Assembly (NCBI GenBank): GCA_013265495.1
Contig: MU058009.1
Location: 1,180,001-1,244,000 of the forward strand
Source: Vicugna vicugna
Lineage: Eukaryota
Length of the DNA stretch: 64,000 bases
Direction of reading: 5' to 3'
Every line of letters begins with the position of its first letter. Position 1 is the stretch's first letter. The translations under genes were made by a program, and so were the position numbers. Below, piece after piece: positions 38,339 through 50,040 of this stretch. The notes beneath the pieces were generated by a model. The model searched no databases and was not told the DNA's origin. It saw only the letters and a list, made by a program, of their open reading frames with translations.

Positions 38339-40259
38339 TATCGCCTTATGCCTTTAAGCACCAAGAATGGTTTCAAAAAGAAAGAAGACATGTACAGATC
38401 GGCTCAGGAAGAACATAGTACAAAATAACCAGGGGCATGTTTTTTCCCAACTTTAGCTGGAGCAAAACAAAACATCCCCACAGAACCTGCAAAGCTCAAG
38501 TAGGCAGCAAACTAAACAAAACCCGATTTTTGTTTTGTTTTCCTTTGTTTGAAGTTACAATAGGCAAGGCTTATTAAGTTTCTTTGTGCCATGAACCCCT
38601 TCAGAAATCTGACATCGCATATGAATCTCATGTCAGAATAATGCTTTTCATTGCACACAATAAAATACTTGGGCTTACAAAGTAAATGATTCATATCAAA
38701 ATATAGTCATCAAAGTCTTTTTAAAAGAGTCATATAGTTATACACGTGTTTTTTTTAACACTTCAAATAACGAAATCAAACAGAGACAAATTAGTACTGC
38801 GAAAATACCCACAACAAAATCACAAGGACTGTTGGTGCTAGTGTTGTTTCTTGCTTCCATTAATAATAGAAAGAAACGGTCAATTCCAGTTAGAATTTGG
38901 TGAAAATAAAAATTCAGTTTTTTTTCTCCATCCAGGTTCCTGGACTTCCAGGTAAGAAGCCTTGCAATACAGCAACAATGGGCAGGTTGTAGACAGGTGG
39001 CAGGTGACAGCCAGGCCTGGGTGTTCCTCAGCTTTTCTGCTCAGACAAACTAATGTAGGTAGGTCCTCAGCAGGTGTCCCACCTCTCTCTCTGAGGTCTT
39101 TGCTTTCCTTTAGCTGCTGCTACTCAGAAGCTTCCCCATCGGGATGCCAGTCACATCGTCATCCTCTGTGTTTATTTAGTCCCGATGTTTAAAACTCACG
39201 TTTTACATTAAAAAAAAAAAGTGTCCTCTGGCTTACCAGAGACATGATCAGCATCTTGCAAATATCCCCAGCAATGATCAAGTTCCCATTTAGGGGCCTC
39301 TAAGCACGTGAAAGTTTCCCCTGGGCTGCTTCTTTCTGAACTTGAACCAGCACGTGTTCAGATATTCTCTGCAGATGACCCCTGGGAGAACAGAGTGACC
39401 ACACACCGCAGGGGAGCAGGAGGGGTTCCAGGGGGATGGGGAGACCTCACCAGGCCTGGACAGCACAAGAGCTGCTGCCATTCACACTCAGCACAGAGCG
39501 AATGTGCAGCCAGGGGCAAACGAGACGCAGACTTCACGGATTAATAACGAGCCAGGAGCCCACCCAACTCTGCTAAGAATTAGGACATGAAGCCTAGATT
39601 GCCGTGTTAAGAAAAAATTCCCAAGACTTAAACGAAGAGGCCATGAGCATGCCGGCCTGTCCTTTCCATGTCGCTCTGGATCCCTATTCGGCAGGCCCAC
39701 CCAAGATGTATTTAATTTTCGAGGAGATTGTAGCATTGTTTGACTTTAGTATTTACTGTCAATTAAGTGCCCAGACTCTGCAAAATTAAGTGTTAACTGG
39801 CAGATTTGTGTCCTGTAGAAATGCAAATAACTCACGTTCAACAGAAAAAAATAACCCCCAAAGCTAAGGTTTTATTTCCCCAAAAGGCATTAAAGAGTTT
39901 TGTTTCTAATCTTATTCAGACATCCCTTTTTGATTTTTAATTGCCTGAAAGTATCCAGTTGCTCCGCATTACCATCTTACTAGTTTCTGCATCAATTAAT
40001 AGGTTGAATGAAATCTTTGACAGGTATTAATTTTACATTTATATGAGCCACGTTTCTAACTTTTGGACATTATATTTGGACAGTAGTTTGAACTAATTCT
40101 TTTTAAAGCAACAGTCAAGATAAACCCCAGTGTCCACTAGATTCACAAAAGCCTTTATTCCAAGAGAAGACTCCTGACACTAGGTCTACTCTCCAGGTCC
40201 CTACAGTGGTTCAGGCTGAGAGGAGTTGAAGGGAACAATCTCTTTAGTCACAGACTAGA

Positions 40260-40438
40260 CCAGCAGTTCTCAAACTTCAGAGTACACATCATCACCAGCA
40301 GATCTTAAAATACAGAAGGTTGGGCCCCATCCCGAGAGTTTGTGACTTAACAGGTCCAGGATGTAGCCCCAGAATTCTCATTTCTCACAAATTCTCGGAT
40401 CTTCTAGTGCTGCTCTGCTGGGATACCACTTTGACAGA
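40260..40438. mobile_element. MER5A hAT element
   Basis: cagcagttctcaaactt...aaaatacaga...gggccccatcccgagagtttgtgacttaacaggtc...ccactttga. Confidence 0.85.
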
Positions 40439-41205
40439 GGTGAGCAGACAGACTCAGCTGGGACTCAAGCCTTCCTTCTCAGAAGGATTCTGCCTTAACA
40501 CACTAGTAAGAAAGAGGCATTAAGCTTACTCAGTTAGTATCTTTGAAACTAATTTTTTTCTCCCAGGATCGTTCTCCATTTGGTTTAGACACTGGGCACA
40601 CTCCTTTGCTTTGTATTCTGGGGTTATTCTTTTGTCTACTTCCCTCCGTGCTTCCCTTGAACAACGGGCAAGTGCAAATGCAGCTTGGTGTTGTCTCAGG
40701 ACCAGGTCCTCTGCCCTTGGCAACGGTGCACAGATTTCCAGGACCGCCAGCATCCCCACGAGTGACGGCTGAGCAGCCGTGGTGTCGTGACAGCTGTGCC
40801 CATTTGCCTGATGAATCGGTGCTGTCAGTGCGGCGGACTATCTCCCCTTTGGCGTCACGCAGATAGATGAAAAGTTTCTCACTAACGCGCACATCCCTCC
40901 ATCAACCTCATGCCATTTGCATTTCAACTAGCTGGGGTCAGGCAGCACAGACTGAAAGCCATGTCAAGAAGCCTTTTCTATCTCTCTCCGTTAAAAGACA
41001 CATTACTTCTATTTACCGCTTTAGTGTCTGCCTATATATTCTCTTTCATTCATATTTCCATTAAGCCAACCAATTAAAAATCATTGATTAAGCGTTAGCC
41101 TGTGCACATCTCCATGTCAGGTTCTCAGGGAAACTAAAACACAAACTAGTAACAAAATAAGGTATAAACTCTACCTTCCAGGAGTTTTTTTTTTTTTTTT
41201 TGGGT

Positions 41206-41221
41206 NNNNNNNNNNNNNNNN
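41206..41221. other. Assembly gap (N run) next to a poly-T tract
   Basis: Run of N. Confidence 1.
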
Positions 41222-42339
41222 GGTGTTTACCCCACTTCAGAGCCAACCTCCAGCTAACCCCAAACCATACTTGTTTGAAATCTGCCCTTTTCTCCAGGCT
41301 TCCAGTCTATTTCCTGCTGTGGGAGTATCAGGCTGCTGACCTTAGCCCCCCGTTAGCTGGGTCTCTGGAGGACACAGGATAGTTTTACCCACCCCCTTCT
41401 TCCATGTCTTTGTCTTCTGTGACTGAGTTAAGACAAAGAATTGCACCTCAAGTCACTGGGAGAGGTCTGCTGCCTGACTTCCTTCTGATAGCTGTTTCCT
41501 TTGAGACGAAGAATTTTCTACCTTCTCTCATCTTGTTTTCTGGTGCAAAATTCCTGAAATGAGCCTGTTCAGTGTCAGACATACTTGTTACATCTGCTAC
41601 GAACTTCTGAAGTTATCAACCCAATGCATTACCCTGGTCTTGGATGCACCTGCCACTCCAGCCACTTGCCCCCTGCCTGAGGGCTTCTCACTTCTGCTCC
41701 CACTGGCCTCGGCTTGCCCACGTGTCTTTCAATTTCAGTCTTCCACAGCCTCCCCAGCCAAGACCCCAGGCCAGCACCATGCGTGGTGCGTCTACCACTG
41801 CCCAGAGCCCCTCTGTCTCTCTTTGATAGTTTTCTCATCCTGTTTCCCTCTTCTTTGGCCGTCATGCTTCCAAAGGAAGAACAGGCATAGCTACATCGCG
41901 TCATTACGTCTCACTCTCTGCTTGCTTCCCCTGTTATCTTCAGGAGAAAGCATTTGGGAGGAGCCGTAGCGTGAGCATTTTGTGAAAGAGGTGGTTTTAC
42001 TTGATGTTCTTTTCTAGTTGGGAGTTCACTGAAAGGGGGCAGGTGTAGCTGGGAAAGAAAGATTTGTCTTCGTCAATCAGATGAACAGATAAAATCAATA
42101 GGAGCCCCTTCCACTGCACTCATCTCTGCCTCCTCTCCCATTTCACAACATGAATTTTCTGCTAACCTAACCTAATTAGGGCATTCATTAGTCCCGCCTC
42201 CCCTCCCAAGAGCCTCCTCCATGAACCCCCCTCTATCGCCCTTACTCTTAGTGAACAGGGCACTCATTCAGTACTTAGGAATAATATTTGCTTTTCCATT
42301 TTCCTTCTAAGTGTGTCCAACTGTCTCATGTAGATTTTA

Positions 42340-42580
42340 AAGCAACTCTTTTGGAGCCAAGTTGACCTGGGTTTCAATTCTAGCTCTATTCATAATTAAT
42401 GTCTGTCATGGGAGAAGTTCACTTCATTTCAAATTCTTCATTTGCGTGATGGGACTAACGATACTTATTTTGGAAGTGCGTTGTGAGAATAAACTCAGCT
42501 ATAAGCCATGTATGCTTAGTATGCCTGCCAATCGGTATTCCTTAAACGTAAGCTTTTATTGTTATTACTATTACTTATTA
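42340..42580 (+). mobile_element. MIR SINE
   Basis: ttggagccaagttgacctgggtttcaattctagctct...ttgtgagaataaa...cttaaacgtaagcttttattgttatt. Confidence 0.8.
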
Positions 42581-44341
42581 AGTTGACCCACAGAGAGTGA
42601 GCAGATAGCATGAGTCAGTTCATGTGGCAAACACTGAACCGTTGTTAATGACAAGATACAACGCCTGTATTCACAAGCTTCGATAAAACTGAATACCTAT
42701 TTAGGTGAGCCGCGTAGACTGTCCTTGGGCTAAGCAGGCAACAGACTCCAGGATGATAGCCATTGCATTGTAAATAAACCATAACGACCTGGATGAACAC
42801 TTCCTTGGTGGTCTTATAAAGTATGATGCAGGCATCCCATTACTATTGTAGGTTTTTGTTTCTGTTTTGTTTGTCGCCTCCCAATATCCAGGTTATGTTT
42901 AAACAGTTGGAAAAAAAAAAGAAAGGAAGAAAGAAAGAAAAAAGTACTTGCTGTTTTGCAGATTTTGGTTTCCAAGAATGTTTACCACTTCAGTTCAGCC
43001 AGAGACAAAAATCCTTTTCAATTTCCCCAGTCTCCAATTATTCATGAAAAATATCAAACTGAGAAACAAAGGCATTTCTTTAAGAAAAAAATGAAGGGTG
43101 TTTTTCAACCTTAGCTACATCAAACAATCTTGCACATTGAACGGTGACAACTTCAAGAGAAAATGCTGTGAGTCTCTCATTTTGCTAAGGAAACCCTTCT
43201 TTTTCCTGATGTGCTCTTGTGTTAATAATTTAAAAGTCAGCAATTTCCAAACCAAATTATTCTTTGCTTACAAGAGCCGCTGCCAGGTATCTCTGTGTCA
43301 AGATGCTGCCCAGAATCCAGGGGCTAAAACATGACGTGAATGAATTGATGTATGACTGTTAATGGGAGTCAAAAACAAAGTAGCAAATTTAGAGAACAAT
43401 GGAGTGGATCCTTTCTTTAACACTGGTGTGTTGGTTATATTGTTCAGGGAAAATAAAGAGCTGTGATTCTAAGAGAGGCATGTTTTGGTCAACAGTGAAA
43501 GTGTGTAAGAAAAAAGAAGCATTTGGTCAACACTTACTCACCTCCTATCGACGGTCCCAACAAAGATAAACACGTTTCGAGAGAGAAAGTGCCGAATACG
43601 TTTTACCAATATCAACAATATTCGTGTTGAGGGTAAGTGTGTTAAATACTTGTATTCCTAAGGTTTTCACACTGGCACCAGTTAATTCCTGTCCGCTCAG
43701 CTTGTTGGATGCGTATTAATAAACGGCAAGAGGTTTCGTCGAGACTGACTGCAGGGCACCAGCTCTGCTCATTATGATCTGTTCTCTGGAGATTCCAGGC
43801 AGAAGACATGGGTCACCTCCCTGCGTAAGGGGCCCAGGGGCTAATCGGGCAGGCAGCAGCAGACGGAGCTAAAAGTTAAGTAGCAAAATAAAAGGTTACA
43901 GTAAAAATAAGATACCACGAGGTAGACGGTGCCCAAGCCCAAATCAGATACTTGGTTGACACTGGGGGTCAGAGGAGGGAGCGATCCCTGCAGGCTGATG
44001 TCCCCTGGGGACCCCTTTCAGAGGGAAATAAGAACTGAAACAATAGGGTCACCTGCGTTTTCATCCGCTTGACTGAAGTTAAAGAACTAGTTCAGGTCAG
44101 GGTGAAAATATTTTGCTTGTATCATAATGTAGTCTTCATTTTTAAAAATGCACTTTATATTTAATGTTAGTCTAGAAAGAATTATCATTACTTACGTGTA
44201 GTTCTTGGACAAAATGCACATCTTGATAGCAATTAACACCGATTCAAAAATACCAAAGAAGTATTTATGGAACCTCAGAGTATTAAACCTGGAAAGGACT
44301 TACGGGCGTAAGTAATTCCACACTTTGCTTTTATAGCCTAG

Positions 44342-44342
44342 A

Positions 44343-44374
<32 letters not shown>

Positions 44375-44377
44375 AAA
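44342..44377. repeat. (AAAAC)n microsatellite
   Basis: Direct reading. Confidence 0.9.
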
Positions 44378-45491
44378 CCCCACCAAGAAACAGAAACAGC
44401 TGGAGCTCAGAGATTTGAAGAGACTTACTACAAAGTTTGAGCCCACTTTTTATTACAGCTTATCGTCCCTCTGCCTTCGGTAAAAGTGGATGATCGGTTT
44501 GTTCGAGGTGGGACGAAAAGCTGAGGGGAGTTATTTTTCCAGTCAGCAGCCAGTTAACAAAATCCATTTCTTCCAACTTCAGCCCTCTTATTTCCTCCAT
44601 TCTTAACCAGGATAATAAGTGAGGTCAAAGAGAAAATAAATAAATTTTCGGTTGCCAAGAGAAAGAGGACCAGGTTTGGGGCCCCGTCTTGGTCACTTAC
44701 TGGCAGAGGGCCCGACGCCTTGATTTACTCATCTGTCAGTTAAAGTACGACTTGCACTTAGCACAGTTAATGCGACGTGCAGGGCGTAGTCCATAATAGC
44801 GCAGTGCACAGTAACGGGGTGTACTTAGTACAACACGAAGGACAGATGGGGCGGTCCATGTCAAAGTCTTTCCACACGAAAGAGGTTTACACAGAGACCA
44901 GTTAACCTCTTTACATCAAGCAAGGGAGAGAAACTACAGACCCATTTTATAGGAAACTGGTAAAGGAAGGGTTTTTGTTTGTTCGTGTGTTTATTTTGGA
45001 GGGGAGGGCAAATACAAGGGAGAAGTATTTGTGTGGCAAATGTCCTTTATTTTAAAACTGAGAGTGTGTGTCTGCTTGAATCAGAGAGATGTTTACATAT
45101 AAGCTGAGGGAAAAATAACTATTTGGGAGGAAGTGTTTTTAAGATCTGAGAGATCAGACCTTCAACAAGAGGAGAGGCAGTTCTGCCTTATGCCCCACTA
45201 TACCTCTTGTCACCAAAGACAGTATCTTTCATAGGCAGTAGGTGCTTAATAAAGGATGCTGAGTGAGTGCACGACTGGATAAATAACTTGGTGTTGTTTG
45301 ATGCTAGAAGATTTTCATCCTCTTCAAAGAGAAATGTTAAACCATCCGCTCATGCTCCTTAAATAAACTCTGGAGAGACTTTCCTCAGTCCTTCAAAGAT
45401 CTCACTTACTGTGAGGTCATTTTACTATGTAACTTCCTCCTGAGGCAGGAAGCCCCATAAAAAGACCAGCAGGACCCCTAAGCAGGGCCCC

Positions 45492-45975
45492 TGCTCTCCT
45501 GCCAGCACCATCCGATTCCTGGCCCAGAGGCTCTATCTCACTTTTTGCCTCTGAAACGCCTTACTTACCCCTACAATTCTATTGGTTCCCTGAGCTCACT
45601 TCTGATTGGTTATTTCTGTCACTCCTGGTTGGTTATTACTGTCACTTCTGATTGGTCCACTTCCCTAACTTCTGGTTGGTCCATTTGTAATACTTTATGT
45701 GCATGGAGCTCACTCCTGATTGGTCTATTTCTACAAAGCTCGTTCCTGGTTGGTCAACTTCTGTTATACTTTATTTGCATATGATGTTGCAAAATGTAAA
45801 ACTGGCAGCCTATAAAGGCCTGTGTAAACCTAGGCGTCCAGAGCTTGGAGTGTTAACTCCTCTGGGCCTGCTGGCGTAATAAACCTGAGTTCTCCAACTC
45901 TCCGAGTGTTGCTTGGTCTTTCGCTGGGATCCAGGTGGTTGTCACAGCTGAGCTGTAACACGTTTTTCTACAACA
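45492..45975 (+). mobile_element. Solo LTR (ERV1-like) with CCAAT-repeat U3, TATA box and polyA signal
   Basis: Repeated (A/G)TTGG units, ATTTGCAT at 45773, TATAAA at 45811, AATAAA at 45878, terminal ...CTACAACA. Possible CCCC TSD; 5' boundary uncertain. Confidence 0.85.
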
Positions 45976-46009
45976 CCCCTAGAAGATAACCTTGTAAGGT
46001 CCCTGCCAA

Positions 46010-46297
46010 TGGGCCAGCAGGTGTCCTTTGTGAAGGGACAGGAAGTAAGCATTTTCTGCTTGGTGGGCCACAGAGTTTCCATCACCAGTGTGAGAGGCAG
46101 CTGCATGTCAACGGGTGGGCAGGACTGAATTCCAACAAATGGACACTGATATTTGAATTTCACTTAATTCTCATATGTCATGAATTCCTATCTTCCTGAT
46201 TCTTTCCAAGTATTTAAAAATGGAGCAGCTAATGTCAGTGCAAAAACGGGTGACTAGTTGGATTCGACCCAGGGCAGGAGTTTGTGGACCGTGGTCT
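46010..46297. mobile_element. MER58B-like hAT element
   Basis: tttgtgaagggacaggaagtaagcatttt...ggacactgatatttgaatttcac...gagtttgtggaccgtggtct. Confidence 0.8.
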
Positions 46298-48928
46298 ATC
46301 CTGATGACAGGGTGACAGGAAGTGCTCTCGGTCCAGATGAGCGCCCAGGTGCTCTGACTTTCTCAGGAGTCACTGAAAGCACCCACCCTAGGGCACCCTT
46401 AGGAAAACTTCTAAATGATGCGGTTTTCTGTGCAAAGGGTCTGACCCACCTTGCCCAGACGAATTAAGCTCTTCCCCTTGTGATGGCAGTAACTCAGCAA
46501 GGTGAGGTTGTCCGTGTTTCTGTGCCCTGAGGTTCCACCCTTCCCCCCTCTCCTGTCTCCTCTCTGGTTTTCTTCCCTGTCAACCTTGAGTTCACAAAGG
46601 CTTATCCAGACAGCTGGATACAAGTTCTCTTTAATTCTCCAGGGGATTTTCAGGGACAGAGAGAAGACGCATTCAGTGCCTCTCTCAGTTATCATAGGCA
46701 GATAGGAGGCAGCGTCAGCCCCTCCCAGCAGAGCTCAGAAGGGCGATCCTGACTCTCGAGGAGTCCTTAGAGGTGTGTGTTAATACGGTAACATTAAGAG
46801 AGACTGGTGGCTAATCGAGCTAATGCTAAAAAAATTATCTGACTGAATGGAACAGGAGTAAGAATGGTGGTTAGTGAAACGTGCTTGTGTATTTGTGCTT
46901 GTGTATGTGTGTCTGTGAGATGATTTTTTTTAAAGTGAAGTAAACTCTGCGGTGCCTGCTGCTGTGGGCACAGTGCTGTTTTGGAGAGAGTTGGTTGTGT
47001 CCCACTTGAAGTAGAAACAGTAAATGACGGACTGCACTCAATGTCATCCCCCACGTGAACCTGGAGGTCCCTCCAGCCTGTGACATGTCATGATTCGGAT
47101 ATTCTGCTGATGTGTTATTTTAGAAATCAGCAGCCTCTGAAAAGCGTTCCCACTTACTAAGTGTTTGTAAAGGATGAGGAATAGCGGGCATTAAAGGGCA
47201 AACATCACTAACGTTTAAGGATAACGGCTGGGGGCATGTTTACAATCTGAAGGCTGGACTTCCACTTATAATTAGATAAAAAAGTGAAAATCTGCATCTT
47301 TCAACAGCAAAGATATTTGTTACACTTTGGGTTCCTTTGGCGTGTGGATCTCGTAGCCCTTGGGCCTCTAAAACCCCGTGTTTGGGCTAGGTGTGTGCTT
47401 TGTTCATTTCACCCTTTCTTCACCTGCTGGATGACTTCACCTTGTCCCAGCTCCCCTCCCGCCCAGGTACCCCTTTCAGCTTCTTTGTTTCCCAACCATC
47501 AGCAAAAACCTCTTTCTAATCTTATGACCACATGCCTATAGGAAATCACATCTCTCCATCATTTTCATACCAGACACCCACAGACACCCACAGACACGTG
47601 TATTTTTCAAACGCATTCACATCTGCTCCACACTCTAGAAATAAATGATTTGTTTTTGTTCCACATGCTGACCTGAAGATTCGAGCTGTTAATTTTTATG
47701 AGATGCAGCAACTGATGTAGCCATGGACCCTCCCTCCACCCGGCAGAAAACACAGCCCAGATGTTCCCAAGATACAGCTGAAGGCTGTTTTTAGATTCGG
47801 CGTTTACTGCTCCCACAGCACGTTCCCTTCTCCATAGTTCCTCTGAAGCGCAGACGCCGAACTCAAATCCGATCATCACTGGGCCTCGTTATTATCACCA
47901 GCCTCCTTCAAGGATAACAGAGGCCCCTCCACGACGATCAGGGCTTGAAAAGAAAAATCAGTTTTCTAATTTGTCTCACTGAAAATGGATGTATGGAAGA
48001 AGAGTATCTTGGGAGACGGAGATCCTGTTCTCTGGCTTTGTTTCCCTTCTGACACTCACAGTGGCAGATTGTGAGGATGGCAGGATGGCAAACAGTATCA
48101 TGACACAGACACAAAGTGATTAAAAGAACGGGACTTGGAGTTGGACAGCTCAGGCTTCTACTCCTGGGAGAGTTAATGAGCACCTGTGTGAGGTTAGACC
48201 GTTCAGTGCAGGCTTCTGTCCCTTGATTTTCTCATCATTAAAACCAGGGTGATTGTCACACCTATTTACGGATTATTCATTCAATTGCAGGTGGGAGGAA
48301 GTTCTACTCCACTGGCTTAAACAATAAAAATGCTGCATTGGCTCGTGTATCCTGAAGAACAGAGGGAGGGAGGGTAGTTGTCACAGGGTGTGTTTCATTC
48401 AGTGGCTCAGTGATGTCATCAGGAATCCAATTCCAATTCTTCTCTTGTTGTCTCCCCCTGTGGCAGCAATTTCAGGGCCCATGTGCCCATAATTTATCAT
48501 CCAGAAGAGAGACAGAACCTCTACTCAGCATCTGAAACAAGATCACATGCCATCCTTGAACAATGGACCAAGGCTATGGGAATGGAATGAGACGATTGGC
48601 TTGGTCAGTAAGGATCCACTTCTTGACTTGAAATTGCATTCAGAATTCGTAATAGTCATAAAAGGCAGAGTTCTGCTACAGTAACAATACAGGATGAAAT
48701 TTTAAGGGCTTAACACAATGGGAACTGATTTCTGGTTCAAGTTATCATCTCATGTGGGTCCAGCAGCTCTCCTCTCAGCTATAACTTAGAAGCCTAGACT
48801 ATTTCAATTTCATGCCTCTTCTATCTCATAGCTTCCAAAGCTCCCCCTGAATCATTTGTCCAGCATTTGGAGGGAAAAGAGCAAGGGAAGGAAATCCATC
48901 AGACACTTAAACTACCATCATTTCCATC

Positions 48929-49428
48929 TGTAACCGCAGAACCAGGCAGAGCTGACCCTATCCTGTTTTTAACAAGATACTGAGTTGTTTTTCAGAGACA
49001 AAAGAACAAAACTGAGAGTCATGTAACCATAGCATGAGTAGAAGAGGTAACTTTGAACTCAAATGACCCGTAGATGAGATAACTTTGAACTCGAATGACC
49101 CGAAACCGAAGTTGCTCCCCCCAACATAGAACCAAAGGACTGAGACACGACCAGAACCGGAAGACCAGACACATTTCAGAAGGGAAGGGTCCCTTGTCCT
49201 AGGGAGATCTGATGTTGAATCCCCTTGACAAACCTTACCATGAATGACCAAGTTCTGAAGCCCTCCAGTGGAAACCTGCCCCACCAGCACTTCCACCTAC
49301 CAACCCTCCTCCCCTAACTCGTAAAACTCCAGATCGGAGAGACAGATTTGAATCTTGCCCTCCTGTCTCCTATTTCTCAAATAGGATTGGCCTCTGTGCA
49401 TGTTGGGCAGTGAGCCCTTGCTGGTTGC
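48929..49428 (+). mobile_element. ERV1 solo LTR (MER34/MER39-like) nested in the MLT1 LTR
   Basis: Starts TGTAACC; ggagagacagatttgaatc..ctcctgtctcct..attggcctctgtgcatgttgggcagtgagccc is a typical 3' end. Confidence 0.7.
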
Positions 49429-49989
49429 TTTCCATTTGCCAGAACAAACCAAATGGCAAATCCAAATCCAAGGGAGTCTGGAAACTATAAAAAGTACATG
49501 GTTGCTGGTGAACACTGATGTTTTTGATCTGGTCTTTGAGAATCCCTTTCCTTTCTTCTACCATGTATACAACAAACTTACACTCCAGAGGCATAATCCA
49601 AAGCACCATCCACTTCTTACATCGATCACCAAAGCAAGGGCTTCTCCATGAGATCCACATGTGGCCCTCCCAGAATACCAACCTTCAAACTAAAAGGCAG
49701 AGTTAATCTATCTTTTCACGTACACAGTCCATACACAAGGGGTCTGGACAGAATCATACTAGATTTAGTATACTCCCATTTAGAAAAGGGAAAAATTGGA
49801 CGTGTGTTACGCAGTGTTCATTAGGTGAATTCTGAAATCCTGGGATTCTAGAAACATGGGATTTCCATGCATGGGGGCAGAGGAAGCTCCTTGATTGGAT
49901 TCTGTGTTTCTCTCTGGAAGCAATCCCCTTTGTCCTTTGTTGACCAGAGCCTCTGGCTCTACTCTCTCGGAGATTCTGCCTTTATCTTG

Positions 49990-50040
49990 TTTTATTTTAT
50001 TTTATTTTATTTTATTTTATTTTATTTTATTTTATTTATT
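49990..50040. repeat. (TTTTA)n microsatellite
   Basis: Direct reading. Confidence 0.95.

Noticed and set aside
43440..43660. Possible exon (donor-like GG|GTAAGT on + and AG|GTGAGT on -)
   Set aside because: No convincing acceptor and reading-frame pair and no recognisable peptide; chance donors are common.
45575..45765. CRISPR-like periodic repeats
   Set aside because: Degenerate tandem units without unique spacers, inside an LTR in mammalian DNA, with no cas genes.
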